From positions 1 through 49,126 of the forward strand of contig LSRY02000081.1 in the NCBI GenBank assembly GCA_001643675.2: a stretch of 49,126 nucleotides of DNA. The letters run 5' to 3'. Numbering within the stretch: the stretch's first letter is position 1; each line of letters begins with the position of its first letter. Positions 1-13,300 of this stretch are shown piece after piece. This stretch comes from Monocercomonoides exilis PA203. Its lineage: Eukaryota; Protista; Preaxostyla. Made by a program: the position numbers and the translations under genes. Under the pieces are notes generated by a model that was not told the origin of the DNA, searched no databases, and saw only the letters and a list, made by a program, of their open reading frames with translations.

Positions 1-949
1 TGTTTTCTGTTTGAAAAGTTTATGAATTGAATTGGATGGAAACGAATGACGTTTATGATGTAATTTCTTTGTTTTTCTTTTTGTTGAACTCCTTTCTCTT
101 CTTGTTGGAGTACTGATTGGAGCATCAACAGCTTGAGAAGAGGAGGAATTTGAAGATGGAGAATTTTTTTCTGAAATGGGATTAGATTTTTTATTTTGTT
201 GGGACGATGTTGAAGAGGAAGAAGATTGTTTTTTATTTGAAGAAGAATTTTCTGTAATAATTTCTTCATCCCACGCTGCTTCGTCTATAAATCTTGTGTA
301 ATCTGGCTCAGCTCGCTGCTTTTCTTTGCTGACTGAAGCGAAGTTGAGGCTTCAGTCGAATGGGCTAACATCCAGTTATTGCCCTTTTCCCAGTCCTGTT
401 CATTTAAGCCTAAAATAAACACAGAAAATAATTATAAAAAATATTAATAAATTCAAACCACTTTTGCAAGAAGGAAGATGAGGTCTTTGAGGCTGGATAA
501 TGAAGCCTTGGTTTTCTTCAGCGTTTGCTTCGCGTAAGTGAATTTTCCTCTGTGACATCATATCCATAGTCCTGTAAATCGGATAATGATGTGTTGCATG
601 ACAGTGCTTGTAGCATTGTTGTCTGAGTGTTCAATGGAGCGTTGTTGCACACCACAGACAGGTCTTCCAGCAGCTTAATGTGATATTCTATTTCAAAAAA
701 ATAAATAATAAACAAAAATAAGAAAATGACAAGGATGACAGTTCATAAATTTTTCAATATAAAACTTGAAAAATAAAAATCAAACCGTTCAAAGACTTCA
801 GTAAATCGTTAATAACAGAAGATGATTGTCTATAGTTGTAAAAAGATAGATGAGCAATGAATCAACGTCATCTCCACCCATTCGTTTTATTTCGTTCCAA
901 AGAGTTTTGGATCTTGAATTAAGAGTTGATTGAGGTTTTGAAAAGACAT
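1..949 (-). pseudogene. 5' part of a paralog of the USP-transposase fusion gene (N-terminal domain plus start of Ser-rich linker); runs off the left edge
   Basis: The minus strand from ATG 949 reads MSFSKPQSTLNSRSKTLWNEIKRMGGDDVDSLLIYLFYNY, then LLEDLSVVCNNAPLNTQTTMLQALSCN, then LNEQDWEKGNNWMLAHSTEASTSLQS and PDYTRFIDEAAWD. These match the exons of the gene starting at 27872, with introns at the same positions. At least one frameshift is present. Confidence 0.85.
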
Positions 950-1554
950 TTTTATTTTGAATGTAATTTAATTATGGTTTGATGATATTGGAAATTGATA
1001 TGCTGTTGTTTTAATAAATAATACTTTTTATAATTTTTTTTTGGTTTTGTATTTATTTATAGAAAAATTGACAAATAAAATATTCAAAGAGCTTCCAAAA
1101 TGAATTATTATTATTCAAAATTATCCTTCTAAAATTTGCTTACAAGTCAAAACTGACATGAATCTTATTTCGTTTTCCACATCATTTGAGAATGAAAATA
1201 TCAAACAATGAAAATAAATATAAATTTTTTAAAATTGTTAAAAATATCATTTATAAAACAAAAAACAGCATTTCTGTCTCAATCAAAATTTAATGAACAT
1301 AATTGTTATTTTTGTGTTTATATTAAAAATGACTTAAATCAAAATAGGATTTTTTTATAATTATTGTTTTTGGTAAATGATAAGTTTTTGCAAAAAAATT
1401 TTATTTCAATAGTGACAAATAATAAACAATGAAAATTTATTGCATCGATTGAAATTTATAAAATAAGATTGTTTTTAAAAAAATGTTTCTGATAATATTC
1501 ATTCTGAAAATTGTTCGATTTGATCTTATTGATCAATGAAAGATTTTAATTACA

Positions 1555-1650
1555 CGGGAATTTGCAGAAATCGTTTTGCGTATATTTATCTCTTCTTTAT
1601 ATCATTTATTCCATTTAAAACTAAAAATTAATCAATTCTGCAAATTCCCG
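1555..1650. repeat. 15-bp perfect inverted repeat with 66-bp AT-rich spacer (MITE-like or hairpin)
   Basis: CGGGAATTTGCAGAA at 1555-1569 and TTCTGCAAATTCCCG at 1636-1650. Confidence 0.8.
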
Positions 1651-2805
1651 ATCAACGAAAAATTAAAATTCGAAATGGGTTTATGGAAAAATTTAAAAAT
1701 TTGATTTTTCTGAAAAGGAACTTTGTTTTTTGAAAGCAAAATTCAAATGTGATTCATGTCTTCTTTTATGCTTCTTCTTCCTCGTTGTTTTCAAGTATAC
1801 TGTTCTTCATTTCCACCACAAAATTGGAATAAAAGCATTCATCATTTTAAACCTCTTAATTATCATAATTGTTATTACACCTACAATTATGACATCCTTC
1901 GTTTCCTTATCTTTCTTTCTTCTTCGCAAATTCCTTCTGCTCCGCAACACTCATCTCTTTCGACAAGCAAACACAAATTATCTTCTTTTCCATCATCTTC
2001 GCCTGCGCTATTATCTTCCCCGAATCCACTCATTCGTTGAATGATCGAGACGATGCTGCTTTCTCCTTCCTCTTCCTTCTCCTTCCCCTTCTCCACCACC
2101 TATCTTTCAACCAATCCCTTCTCCTCGTCATTCCCATCCATTACCACCACCTCTCATCTCCTTCAGCTTCTGGCAGATCTGATGCTTTCTTCTCAATCTG
2201 GCCAGCTCTTCTTCAGCATAGCCATGTTTGTGAAAGAAGTGTTGAGGGAAATGTGGATGAGAAGAGTGGTGAAGAGGATATTAAGGAGAAGATGGAAAGA
2301 GGGAGAAGGGAGGGAAGAGAGAGGAAGAGGAAGTTGGATGAAGAAAGAAGAGGAAATAATATGGAAGGAGGGCTGTATGGTGTTTGAATAGAAGAAGAAA
2401 ATGAAGCTGAAGAGGATAATATGAGATTGGATGAAGGAAAAAGAGAAGAAGAATAAAAAGAATGAAAGATGAGAAGAGAAGAGAAAATCAAGGAAGAAGA
2501 AAAAGAAGAATCCAAAAGAAGTGAAGAAGAAAGGATTTGAAAAAGAGAGCAGTAGATAGAGAATGAAGGAACGAAGAGCGATGAGATGCCCACAGAAAAG
2601 GCAGTCATCGAGTATTGTATGCAAGTACTCACCAACATCGCGAGAATTCGAATAATAACAAATTCTACATTGATCCTGTGCTCCTTGGGCTGGTTGTGGA
2701 ATTGATGAGGTTTGCCTCATCTATTTTTCTTTCTATTTATTTGATCAATTTAATTATATTCTTTTTGAACTTTCATTTACATATTCTTCAAATATTAATT
2801 ATAAT

Positions 2806-3300
2806 ATGAATGACATTTCAAATGAAATGATCATCCCCTTCATTCAAAGTGATTCTGTGTCTGTTCTGCGAGTGATGGCGTTCCGCTTCTTTGTGAACTT
2901 CTCGTGCGGCAGCGAAGAAGACATCCAGGGTCTTCTGCTGCAGCCCTCTTTCTTCGACGTCTTCGCCTCCTACCTGTCCTCCTCCTCGTCCTGTCTGCGC
3001 CACGAGGCAGCGCTCGCCTGCAACATCAGCGCCGGCACCTCCTCCCAGGCATGCACCCTCCTCCGGCCGAGGTGTCTTCGCCCTCTGCCACATCGCCCAG
3101 GCAGACACACACAGCGCCCAGTGCCACGCGCTGAGGGCACTGAGGAACGTGGGGCTGCTGGGGAAGGAGGCTGCGGGGGTGATTGTGGAGGCAGGATGTA
3201 TCGAGTGACGCAGATTTTGAAGAGAGGGAGGCATCGGAGTGTGGTGTGCGAGGCGATGGATCTGCTGTGGGTGCTGCTGGGGCAGTGTGAAAAGAAGGAT
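2806..3300 (+). pseudogene. Armadillo-repeat (importin-alpha-like) gene fragment
   Basis: AFRFFVNFSCGSEEDIQGLL...FASYLSSSSSCLRHEAALACNISAGTSSQ resembles importin-alpha ARM repeats (N-x-x-x-G motifs). The frame decays after about 3070. Confidence 0.5.
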
Positions 3301-3739
3301 AATGAAGAAGAGGAAGAAAAAGGAAAAGAAGAAGAAGGACGAGAAGAAGAAGAAGTCAGAGGAAGAGAAGGAAGAGGGATTGCTGATCGGGGAGAGTATG
3401 TGAAGAAAAGAGGAAGAGGAGGAGGAGGAGGAAGAAGAAGAAGAAGAAGCATAAGAAGATAATGTTAATGAAGAAGGATCCACAATATTTGTCTTTGGAG
3501 GGCATAAAGGTGATAAAAATTGGCTTCGCTACTGTTTGAGAGAAAGTAATAGAATGTTGGGTATTTCTTTTTCATTTTGTTTGCTTGTTGGTTTGTTGAG
3601 AGAAAAAAAGAAAGAAAAAGAAATGAAAGAGAAAGAGGAAGAGCTGGACGAGTTGAAAGAAGCGATGGATGATGAAAGAGACAGGAAAAACGGTTTGCAT
3701 TTCTTTTGATGAACACGTAGATTGCAATGAGAAGCTACA

Positions 3740-5370
3740 AAGCTAAAGCGATGGTAATGAGGAGTGGAAGCGGTATCACAGAGAATTCAATGAGAAGGAG
3801 AAATTGCTGAGCAAAGCAAAAGAACTGATCTGGAGGCGCCGAATGTCCAGCAGCTGGAGTGTTATGCGGGGCGCGTTTCTCGAACAGCAGCAGCAGGAGA
3901 ACAGGGCAGCCGAGATGTGGAAGTTGAAAAGAGTTAAGTCTCTGTTCTGCCAGTGGAGGAGGAGCATTCAGGAGCGAAAGGATAGAAAAACGCACAACAT
4001 GCAAATTGTGGCGCTTTAGCAGCGGCTGGCGGACATCCGGCTGGTGCGTTGGGTGTTCTTTGCGTGGCATTCCGCACACAAAGAGGAGCGAGGTGTGCTT
4101 GCGGTGGAAGGCAGCAGAGCAGAAGAAAGAGAGGCTGGCACCACGCAACTTCTTTTTCCGGTCGCGTGTTTCGTATCTGGAGAAAGAAAAGACTCGCGCT
4201 GAAGGGATCAAAGAAGAGCTGTCGCGGCTGACGTCGGCGATGGCGGAGGTGAACATTGCAGCGTCACCCAGAAGCCAAAGCACGAATGCCCAGGAGCCTT
4301 TCGCTGGGGTACCATTTGCAGAGGAGAAGGGAAGCAGCTGGATGCTGAGCCACTTGCGGAGGAGGATACGATTCACTCCGGACATTCACTGCGAATAACA
4401 CAGTGAGAACGAACATGCCTCAGAGCGCTTCTCACCCCACAACACTGCAAACTCCCTCCGCTTCGCCCAGTTTTGCTGCAGCTCAGACGCTGTCGCTGTT
4501 CCAGCAGCAGAGCTGCAACAGCGCTCTTGTCGACCAGATACGCAGCCTGGCCGCAGAAAATGCGTCTCTTATTCTGTTGCTGAAGGAATGCGATGAGCAC
4601 ATAGCAGATCTTGATAGGGCGCTGGCAGAGGTGCTGGTGAAGCAGGAGTCGCTGCAGGCACAGGCTGCTGAAGCGAAGGCAGATATCAAGCGCTTCGAGC
4701 AGATCAAAACAGAACTGGAAGAGCAAGCGGCGTCGCTTATGTCGAGCCAGTCGGAGGAGCAAGTGGAATGGCTGATGGCGAAGCAGAAGGTGGAGAAAGA
4801 AGTGGAGGAGCTTAGAGAAAAAGCAGAGCAGGCAGAAGAATTGAAGCTGAAAGCGTAAGAAAGAGAGGCGCAGTTGAGTGAAGCGAGAGACAAAGATGCC
4901 GTTGAGACAGCACAGCGGATGAAGGAGACGACAGAACTGGCAGCGCAGCAGAGGGTGATGTTGCAGGAGAAAGAGGCGCAGGATGCTGAGCTGAAAAGGG
5001 AGAAAGAAGAGCTGGAAAAATTGCTGGAAGACAAAGACACGACAGTGCGTGCGACGATCGAAGGGACGAAGGAGCATGAAGAGCAGATGCCTGCATTCCG
5101 AAGCAAGATTGAGAAGCTGAACGAGGCGAATGCGGAGCTGAAGCGCCGGATTTCGGATGCAGTAGATCTGAATGCGGAGAAGGAGCGATGCTGCTGCAGC
5201 TGAACTACGAAGTAGAGCTGCTGCGGAAAAAGAGAGTCTGAAAGTGGAGAAGTTCATTTCTTCTGTTGCCTCGCATGCGCGTGTGGCGTCGGTGAAGCAG
5301 GACAGAAAGATGGAAGAACAAGAAAACAGAGAGGAAGAGAACAAGACAGAAGAAGTTGAGGGAGCAAACA
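3740..5370 (+). pseudogene. Long coiled-coil protein remnant with N-terminal Trp-containing (Sfi1/POC5-like) repeats
   Basis: GC-rich, coding-like block with ORFs 3804-4019, 4403-4858 and 4874-5203; the last two are in one frame separated by a single TAA. It has E/K/Q/A-rich heptads and the motifs KSLFCQWRR and RWVFFAWH. Confidence 0.45.
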
Positions 5371-5842
5371 TGAAAACGAATGATCAGAACATCAGTGGAG
5401 ACGAAATGGAAGCAGAAGCAATCAACCCACAGCAGCAGTCGTCATCAACCAATTTGGCATCTTCTCTGCTTAATCCACTTTCAACTGTTAATTTAGCAAC
5501 AACTTCTTCCTCATCAACACTGTCATCTTCATTATCATCTTCATCATTGTCATCATCATCTTCTTTTTCTTCTGACTTTGAGGAATCCTCTTCATACGCA
5601 GCCTCTGTATCCAGCGATAATCTGTCAAAAAGCGCAGCCGGTAGTCCAGAGACCGAACAGAGCTCGTCTTCGAGTGTACTGACGTCAGAGCCAGACTCCA
5701 TCAACATGTTCCGCTTTGCGATCGGAGGTTCTCTCTTCTGTGCAGCTGCGGGCGGATCAGCGAGACGGAGGCAGTGCTGCGTTCAGTGGTGTTCCCTACG
5801 GCTGTGGTTGAGGCGGAGTAGGAAGCGGGGTAAGCGCAGAGT

Positions 5843-6009
5843 ATGTTGTGGATCCGCAACTTCCCGCTGGCACAGGAGAGCGGGATGTGCGGCAGCTGTT
5901 TGGGGAGCTTGGGCAGCCGGATTATGTGGCAGTGAACCAGAAGAAGTGATATGCGTTTGTGGCGTTCTTCACGACAGAGGAGGCAGTCTGTGCAAAGCTG
6001 ACAGTGGAG
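5843..6009 (+). pseudogene. Degenerate RRM domain
   Basis: RNP2-like MLWIRNFP, then after a frameshift DYVAVNQKK*YAFVAFFTTEEAVCAK, an RNP1 motif (KGYAFVxF) with GGA changed to TGA. Confidence 0.6.
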
Positions 6010-6208
6010 GCAGCACTGAAGGAGATGAAGGAGATAAAAGGATATAAGGAAAAGGAAAAGGAAGAGATAGGGAAGGTGAAGAGAAGGAAAAGGTGATTGA
6101 AAAAGGCAAACAAGAAATAGAAAAACAGTGCTGTATGCATATTGGATATGCGAAAAAGACTATTCCATTGTATCACCATAGTAACAACTCAGCAAGAAAA
6201 AGAAGAAA

Positions 6209-7033
6209 ATGAACAAAGTCAAAAATGAGGAAAAGGATGAAAAGGAAGACAACCATAATCACACAATGAAAGAAGGGATCTTTTCATTGAATCAGAACAA
6301 GAACGCTATTTTTCCTACAGCTCCTCTTGAAAATGTTGATTTGGAACATGTGATTGAAAAGATGGCGATGTATGTTGTGGTGAAAGGAAAAGGATTTGAA
6401 ACAAAGATGCGGGAAGAGAAGAAGCAGTTCCCGTTGTTCAGTTTCCTGCGTGAAGGTGGAGAAGGGAACGAGTACTACAAATGGCGTGTTTTCTGTGCAC
6501 TGAACGGGATTTCGGAGGAAGAAAGCGACAAAAGAGTGATCCGATATGCACAGGGGAAGAGATGGGATGTTCCTGAGTGCTTCCTCGGAGCCAGACACCC
6601 AATAATAAGCAAAATTGTTCGTCCAGATGAAGAGGAAGAAAAATGTGCTGATGGAAAGGAAGAGGCAGAAAAGGGAATAAGAACACAAAATGATGGTGAT
6701 TGCAATCGAAAACAGTCGAATTTGAAGATTGGTGATTCATCATCTTTATCAAAGTCTTCTTCTTCTTCTTCTCTTTCTTCTTCTCTTTCTTCTTCTTCTG
6801 CTGCTACTCCTTCTGCGCATTCATCACATCTAACCACATTTTCACCTCTTTCTCAGTCTCAGTCATCTCACACATCACAATTACTTCAATCTCCTTCCAA
6901 TTCAACCCCAACTGCACCAAACATTTCTTCCTCTTCCTCTTCTTCTTCCACAGCACCCCTTCCTCCATCTCCACTTCAAACTCCTCTTCTTCACCTTCAT
7001 CTCGTCCCCGTGTCCCTCCTCGTGTTTCCATGA
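6209..7033 (+). CDS. SURP/SWAP-domain protein with Ser-rich tail (probably same gene as the upstream RRM remnant)
   Basis: LEHVIEKMAMYVVVKGKGFETKMREEKKQFPLFSFLREGGEGNEYYKWRV matches the SURP consensus (I..MA.yV...G..FE...........F.FL.......YY.W). Confidence 0.7.
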   Translation: MNKVKNEEKDEKEDNHNHTMKEGIFSLNQNKNAIFPTAPLENVDLEHVIEKMAMYVVVKGKGFETKMREEKKQFPLFSFLREGGEGNEYYKWRVFCALNGISEEESDKRVIRYAQGKRWDVPECFLGARHPIISKIVRPDEEEEKCADGKEEAEKGIRTQNDGDCNRKQSNLKIGDSSSLSKSSSSSSLSSSLSSSSAATPSAHSSHLTTFSPLSQSQSSHTSQLLQSPSNSTPTAPNISSSSSSSSTAPLPPSPLQTPLLHLHLVPVSLLVFP

Positions 7034-7721
7034 AGTCTCAATCATCGTCTGCCATCACTCACTCTGCTGCTTCTTCTGCTTCTTCTTCTCAAATTGCCAA
7101 GGAGGCAGCAGCTGCTAAGCATCCCTTGCAGACAAGCCAGAGCTTCTCATACATCTCTTCATCTCAACTGAGCAGAGGAAACAATTCCACTCAAGCACAA
7201 TCACCACTTCATGAAACTGTCAAACAACCTTCTCCTTCTGTATCTCCTTCACCTTCGCATTCACCCTCTCCTTCATCCTCTCCTTCTTCTTCTCCTTCTC
7301 AGTCATCGCCATCTCCATCACCCTTGTTGCAGTCTGCCCAACCTCAACTTCAACCATCTTCTTCTTATTCCTCCTCATCTTCCCCTCTTCCCTCTTCTTC
7401 TTTTTTCTCTTCATAGATAAACAACAAAAAATTGCCATTTTTATTTCATTCAACTTTCGTCAAATTCAGTTCCAATCTTCTTCTTTTATTTTCTTTTCGG
7501 AAGCACAAAACGTATGTTTATTTTATCACAGAATATTAGCAGAAATTATATAGCATAGCAAGCGATGTTATTTGTCATTTTGTTAAAAATTTAATTTTAT
7601 GAAGAAATGTGATATTTATTAAATTACTATTGTTTTAATTTATTTCAGGTGTTTTTTTTTCTGAAAAGAATGAATTTACCATTATAATTGTTCTTACAAA
7701 TATTTTTTAATATAATTTTTC

Positions 7722-9189
7722 ATGTTTAGCACTTCCAAAGTGCATTATAGTTTCGACAGAAAAGTAATTAAACGTGAAGTCGCTCATATTTCAGGCATAT
7801 TTAAAATGCCATATGAAAGAGCTTTGTACATTCTTCGAGCTTTTATGCTTGAAGACTCTTTCGGATCGCAGCCAACGATTTTATCAAATCGTGTTTACGT
7901 TTGTATATTTTTAATTTGCTTTTTTATGTTTATTTTAATTATTAATTTTTGTTTTTTAATTTTTAAAACAACAATTTATATTTTCACATAAAAATAATAA
8001 CAACATGTTTATCAACAAGCGACTGTTATTCAAAAGTCAGTGATGTGCAACATTTAGCAAATTCTGCTCTTTTTTACCTCTCGTTAACTCCTCACAACAA
8101 GCACAGACACAATCTTCTCTTCAGCAGTTACAGCAACAACAGCAGCAGCAGCCACAACAACAACAGCAGCAGCAGCAGCCACAACAACAACAGCAGCAGC
8201 AGCCACAACAACAACAGACTATTCCAATGTCTTCTGCGCAGTCACCTTTTCAGACTCAACCTCAATATAAACCTCAACCTCAAAATCAAAATCAACCTCA
8301 ATCTCTTCTTCATCCGCAGCAACAGCAACAAACTTCTATTTATGACTTCACAAAAATCAATACAGAAAAGGACGAAAAAGTTCATCCACAAATTCACATC
8401 ATTTCGATAAATTTTGTATTTATTTTAAAGCTAATTCTTCATTTCAAATAAATACAAAAGAAGCAAAGAAAAACACAAAACATTCGACTTTTTCTTCAGT
8501 AATTACAAAACAAACAAAACAACAATATGCTTTATCATCATCTTTTTCTTCATTATCTGCAAAAGAAAATTCAAGATCCTGCGTTGTGATGCTTCTTTCT
8601 TCACAAAGAGGCTTGAAAAATAATGGCAGCGTGTGCTCTTTTCTGCCATTTGTCAATGCATGGCTTCTCTTGATGTTAAATTTATAGACATTTCGAAAAT
8701 GAACAGTGTGCAAAAACATTCATGCAGCTGTTTCATCTTCTTCGAATCTCTTCGTTAAATTTTAATGTGTGGGATGGAGGTCAGATTAATAAATTTTACG
8801 ACATTTATCTTGGAGGAAAGAATCAGCCAAAAGAACTGTCTGCTGTTTTTAAAATAAAGTTCTTTCCAAAAATTGTAATGAAATAAATGATATGTTTGCC
8901 ATCATTTCACCAAATGTTGAAATGTGTGTTCATTGTCATGATCGCTCCATTTCAAGAATGAGCCATAAGTTTTTTGTTACAATTAGAGGATCAGATGTTG
9001 TTTCTGGTCTTCAAGATTTAATAACTTGTAATTTTTTTAGTTGAGAAGAGAGAAGGAGAGTGTGTATCATGTCACAAAGATAGACAATTTTTGAAATATG
9101 TTCGTTTTTGTATTTTCCTAAAGTGTTTAGTGTTTTATTCAACGTTGGTGATTTTTTTCTGTAATTGCTCCTCCTCTTTCTATTCATTT
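7722..9189 (+). pseudogene. USP (peptidase C19) paralog, 5' portion, interrupted by the giant transposon
   Basis: The N-terminus MFSTSKVHYSFDRKVIKREVAHI..KMPYERAL matches MFNIGRKHHGMSRKSIKADVDSI..NMPYDRAL of the gene at 20837. It continues with Cys box RGLKNNGSVCS..ICQC (about 8608), VWDGGQINKFY, CVHC..FFVTIRGSDVVSGLQ, CVSC and VIAPPLSIH, all colinear with the 17280-20837 gene. Multiple frameshifts. Confidence 0.85.
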
Positions 9190-9270
9190 GGGTGATTTTT
9201 TTGATATCATAAAAAAGATCAAAAATCGAAAAAATAAAATTTATAGAGGTATTTATTGATCAATAAATTA
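9190..9270 (+). repeat. Left (type A) terminus: TIR plus subterminal sequence
   Basis: GGGTGATTTTTTTGATATCATAAAAAAGATCAAAAATCGAAAAA. A near-identical inverted copy ends at 40962. Confidence 0.85.
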
Positions 9271-9644
9271 AATTGATTTATTTCAAGTATTAAGCTTTTA
9301 TTTCTGTAATATGTATTTGTTTTATTATTATATGCAAAAAACATACCTTTTTAATGTTTTTGGTGAAAAAGAATTTTTGATCAAGTTTTATAAAAAATTG
9401 AAAAATCAATCTTTAAAAGGAAAATAGATATTTCATAATTGGCAAAACAAAATATTGCAAAGAAAAAGTTTACAAAGAAGAATTTTAAAGAAAAAAAGAA
9501 ACAAAATTGTTAATTTTTATTGATCAAAAATGTTAATTTTTCTTTTTTTTCCCCTACCTTTGTATAGCCAACAAATCTCCATTCCTTTTATTCGATTCAT
9601 CGGATTCATCAAACGTTAAACGAAATCGTGGAAAATTAGAAAAG

Positions 9645-9890
9645 CTGAGTTCAATGGATGGATCCCCCTCATTGCCCAGAACAAAATCGTTGCAAATGGT
9701 GGAACTGATGCTGATGCCTGTGGCAGACCCCAACAGACCCCATGTGCCACCATCGAGTATGCCCTCAACTGCTTCATTTCCCTCCTCCAAGATGCCTCTC
9801 TCACACTCCTCAGCTCAATATTTGTTCCTCTTCAAACACTCACTTTCAGCGCGGTTGACACCACAATCACAGGCGATGATGAAATTTATC
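9645..9890 (+). pseudogene. Fragment of a beta-helix (pectin-lyase-like) surface-protein family gene, paralogous to 26505-26740
   Basis: NGWIPLIAQNKIVANGGTDADACGRPQQTPCATIEYALNCFISLLQDA versus NGWLPLIAQNKIVSNGGSDVDACGRPQQTPCATIEHALTSFISLLHDA. Confidence 0.75.
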
Positions 9891-10399
9891 TGATTTCTAA
9901 TAATTTCCTTCCATTTATTTTGTATATATTCCATGTAATATCAATATTCATGAACTTTCATCGCATTTTCATTTGAGGAATATATCTTTGCTTTTCTTTC
10001 ATAGATCCGAAAATCAGCTCACATAGAAATATTTCTTTTCCGCTTTCTTATCTAATTTCGCTTCTTCATCAAATGCAAATTTCGCTTGTTGCTAAATGGA
10101 ATCATCCGTTTTCCTTTCTTCAATCATATTTGGTAATTTTCTTCAAAAACATTTATTTCCTCAACATTCCGATTTCAACATGCTTGTATCCGATTCACTT
10201 AACTGCCTTTTCCAAATTCTCTTTAAATAAGCCTTTTCCTCTGAATCAATTTCCCTCATCCTTTCATTTCCTGCAATTCACGTGGTTTTGATGTTGTGAA
10301 ATCAATTGAAGGTTATTTTTGGAACTCGTTCATACCAAATATCATTTTTGCCCTGCTCCTTCTGTTTTCTGTGAATTCTTTCAATCTTAAAACGAAATG

Positions 10400-13300
10400 G
10401 CCAAAATAGAATTTCTTGTAGATTGCATGCCTTTTGATCAGCTTTTCTCGATAGGATTTAGAATCATTTCCGTTGCTGTGTTAGGTTGGTTGAAATTCTA
10501 TGTCTGAATAAATATTTCTTTCGTCTTTCTGAGTAGGAATGAAAGACGAGGCCTGATGATGAATTTGACGGGAGCTGAATGAAAGAGAAGGAGCAGAAGA
10601 TAACGATGGTGAAAGAGAAGACGAAGAAGTTACGGAAGGCAGGGATAGCGGAGAAAGAGAACCAGGATCAGCAAGACTAGCAGAAGATAGAAGTTTAGCT
10701 TGGGACTGCAGTGAAGGAGATAAAGATGTTCTGAGAGAAAAAGAAGATTGCTGTTGGATGTTCATAAACAAGGAAGAATTGACAAGTGATGAAGTTCAGT
10801 GAGAAAGAGGATGAAGAGCAATGTTTGAATTTGCGTCAAATTCTGCAGTTGAATCAAAAGGCGCAACCAAATTGAGGGCAGGGTATTTCTGCATCAGATT
10901 CATCACCATTGAATTCTGCGATGTGAAGAAAGATTCCAACTTTGAGAAACACAACGTATCTCTTTTCCCAGGCACACTGCTCAGACTGAATGTTCTTGTC
11001 CCTTTCTCCTTCTGAAACAGCAGAGGTGATCCTTTCCCTGCTCCTTTCCTTCCCTTTCTGTGTGTCACCTCTGCTTCCTCTTTGTGTGTCCACCAGCCCC
11101 TCCACTTCATCCTCCTTCCTCTTCTCAGCTCCGCCCGGCTTTGCCACAGCCCACTCTTCAGCGCACTCATCAGATCCAACCGCGTTCTTGTCTGCCTCGC
11201 GTCGACTGCTGCATACACAGGCTCTTTTCGCATCTTCCACACAAATTGCCCATTTTCCTCGCTTTTGATACGCACATAACGGTAGGGCACATCCAGTTCA
11301 TCGCTCAAATCTTCCAGGTCAGAATTTGCGAGGTCATTCAGCATGCAGTCCAATTTCCGCTCTCTTGTCAAAATTGGCGTTTGACTTTCTTTCGCCTCTT
11401 GCTGCACATCGCTTGTCATTTTGCTCTCTTTCTGGTTGGTTGGCGTGCCTGTCTCAAGGTGTGGTTGTAGTATTCCTTGGATGCTGCTAAACAGATTCTT
11501 CTCTTTTACTTCTTTCTCCATTTTCCTGCGCTCCCGCTCTTCTTTCTTCTTTTGTATTTCCTTCAGTTTCATCAGTCGAAGCAGTTTTTCTCTGATCATC
11601 AGATTCCAATGAACAAAATATGATCTTCGCTTCTTCATCGTCTTCCTTCCCTTTCTCATTCTGAAATTCATCTTGCATCACCCTTGTCACTTCTTTGTTC
11701 AAATCCTTCATTCCTCATCACAGCCAACGTCACCCCTTCTCCTCCACCGCCAACAACTGTTGATGGAAGCGTTATTGGTGCACCAACAGCTCCTCTCCCC
11801 ATCTCCATCTCTTGGCTGTACACAATCAACGCTCTCCTCCAACTCCTCTTCATCCACCGTCCATTCGCTTCCCTCGTGTAAAGTGAATCGTTCCAAAGTC
11901 ACCTCCTCCGGAAGAATATTGTTTAGGCTGTGGAGAATGTGATAGCGTTGGAGACGGAATTGTTGTTCTGTTACTGCTGCTGCTTCTGTTTTTGCTTGGA
12001 TTGTTATGAAAAAGGCTCTGGTTTTGGCTCATCTGAATGCGTTTCGTCTTTTTGCCGTTTCTTATTGATTCTTTTGCGTTTGTATTCTTTTCTGCTTCTT
12101 TTTATTGTCTTTGCTTTTGAAGCAGCTTCTTTGGGGATGTTCATTGAATCCTCCAAAATTGCTTTTTGATTTTCTTCTTTTCCTTCATCTGTATTGCCTT
12201 CAACTTCTTCCCTGTTTCCATTTCCATTTCCAGAATTTGTTGCTTCTTTCTCTTCTTTCTCACATTCTTTATCATCTCCTTCATTTTTTGCAGCATTCCC
12301 ACTCATTCCTGATCTTTTTATAGATTCATCAATCGGCGTCGGAGAAAGCAGCAAGTTTGGTCTGACCATCAAAAGCACTTCGTTCACAACAGAATCACGT
12401 TGATGCTCAAGCGCCTGATAATACCTTCGCATCAACCTCTGTTTCTCTCTCCGTTTGTACCTCTTCTCTCTTCTCTCTTCTTCATCACTGATGATGGAGC
12501 TGTCGTAAAGGCATTCGCTTTCTTCATTTTACTTCGGTTCCTTTAAAGAATTTCTTCTGATCAGTGAATAATTCTCGTTTTCTTTTGCTTTCACTTTATT
12601 TTCTTTTTCATCATCATTGTTATCTCCTTCATTAGCAGGCTTCAATACCTTCCTCAACTTAATTTGTCCTCTTATCCTTCGCTCTCTCTCTTCTCTCTCT
12701 TCCTCTTCTCCAGATTCTCCGCATATCGCTCCACCATCCGAAACTCTGCAAACAGCGGCAGCGCCTCAAACACATCTGGTGGGAAAACAAAATATTGCAT
12801 TTTCCTTCTTCTTCCGAACTGCTGCCTCATCCTCCTTATCTGCTCTTCGCTTGTCAGAAATCTGTTTCTAGAAGAGCGAAGCAACGAGGAAGAAGAAGAG
12901 GAGGAGGAGAAAGAAGAGGAAGAAGAACAACGTGAAGCACCAGCAGCAGCAGCCACTTGTGCACAGCGGTTGAGATAGCGTCGGCGGAGGAGTGGATGCA
13001 TTGCTCTTATGCGGCGAGCCATAGCAATTTCAGAACGATGAGGTGGTTTTGGATGGAGAGAGAGGTCAGTTACTGCTGGAGAAGATGAGGAAGATGAAGA
13101 GGAGGAAGAAGAAGTTGAATGAGATGATTGAGGAAGAGAAAGAAAAGATTCATTGGACAATGAAGAAGGAGATGTGCCTGTTCCTGTGCCAACACCAGCA
13201 ATTGAATGTGTCAAAAAGGTTTGTGTTGAATTTTGATTGCTTTTTCTCTGTCTTTGTCTTCGAGGCACATAAGATGGATTCTGCAGAGTTGCTTCTTGTG

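Noticed and set aside
7415-7545. Possible decayed AAGATCATGG unit upstream of the middle USP gene (and near 1290-1530)
   Set aside because: The similarity is weak in AT-rich DNA and cannot be supported without an alignment.
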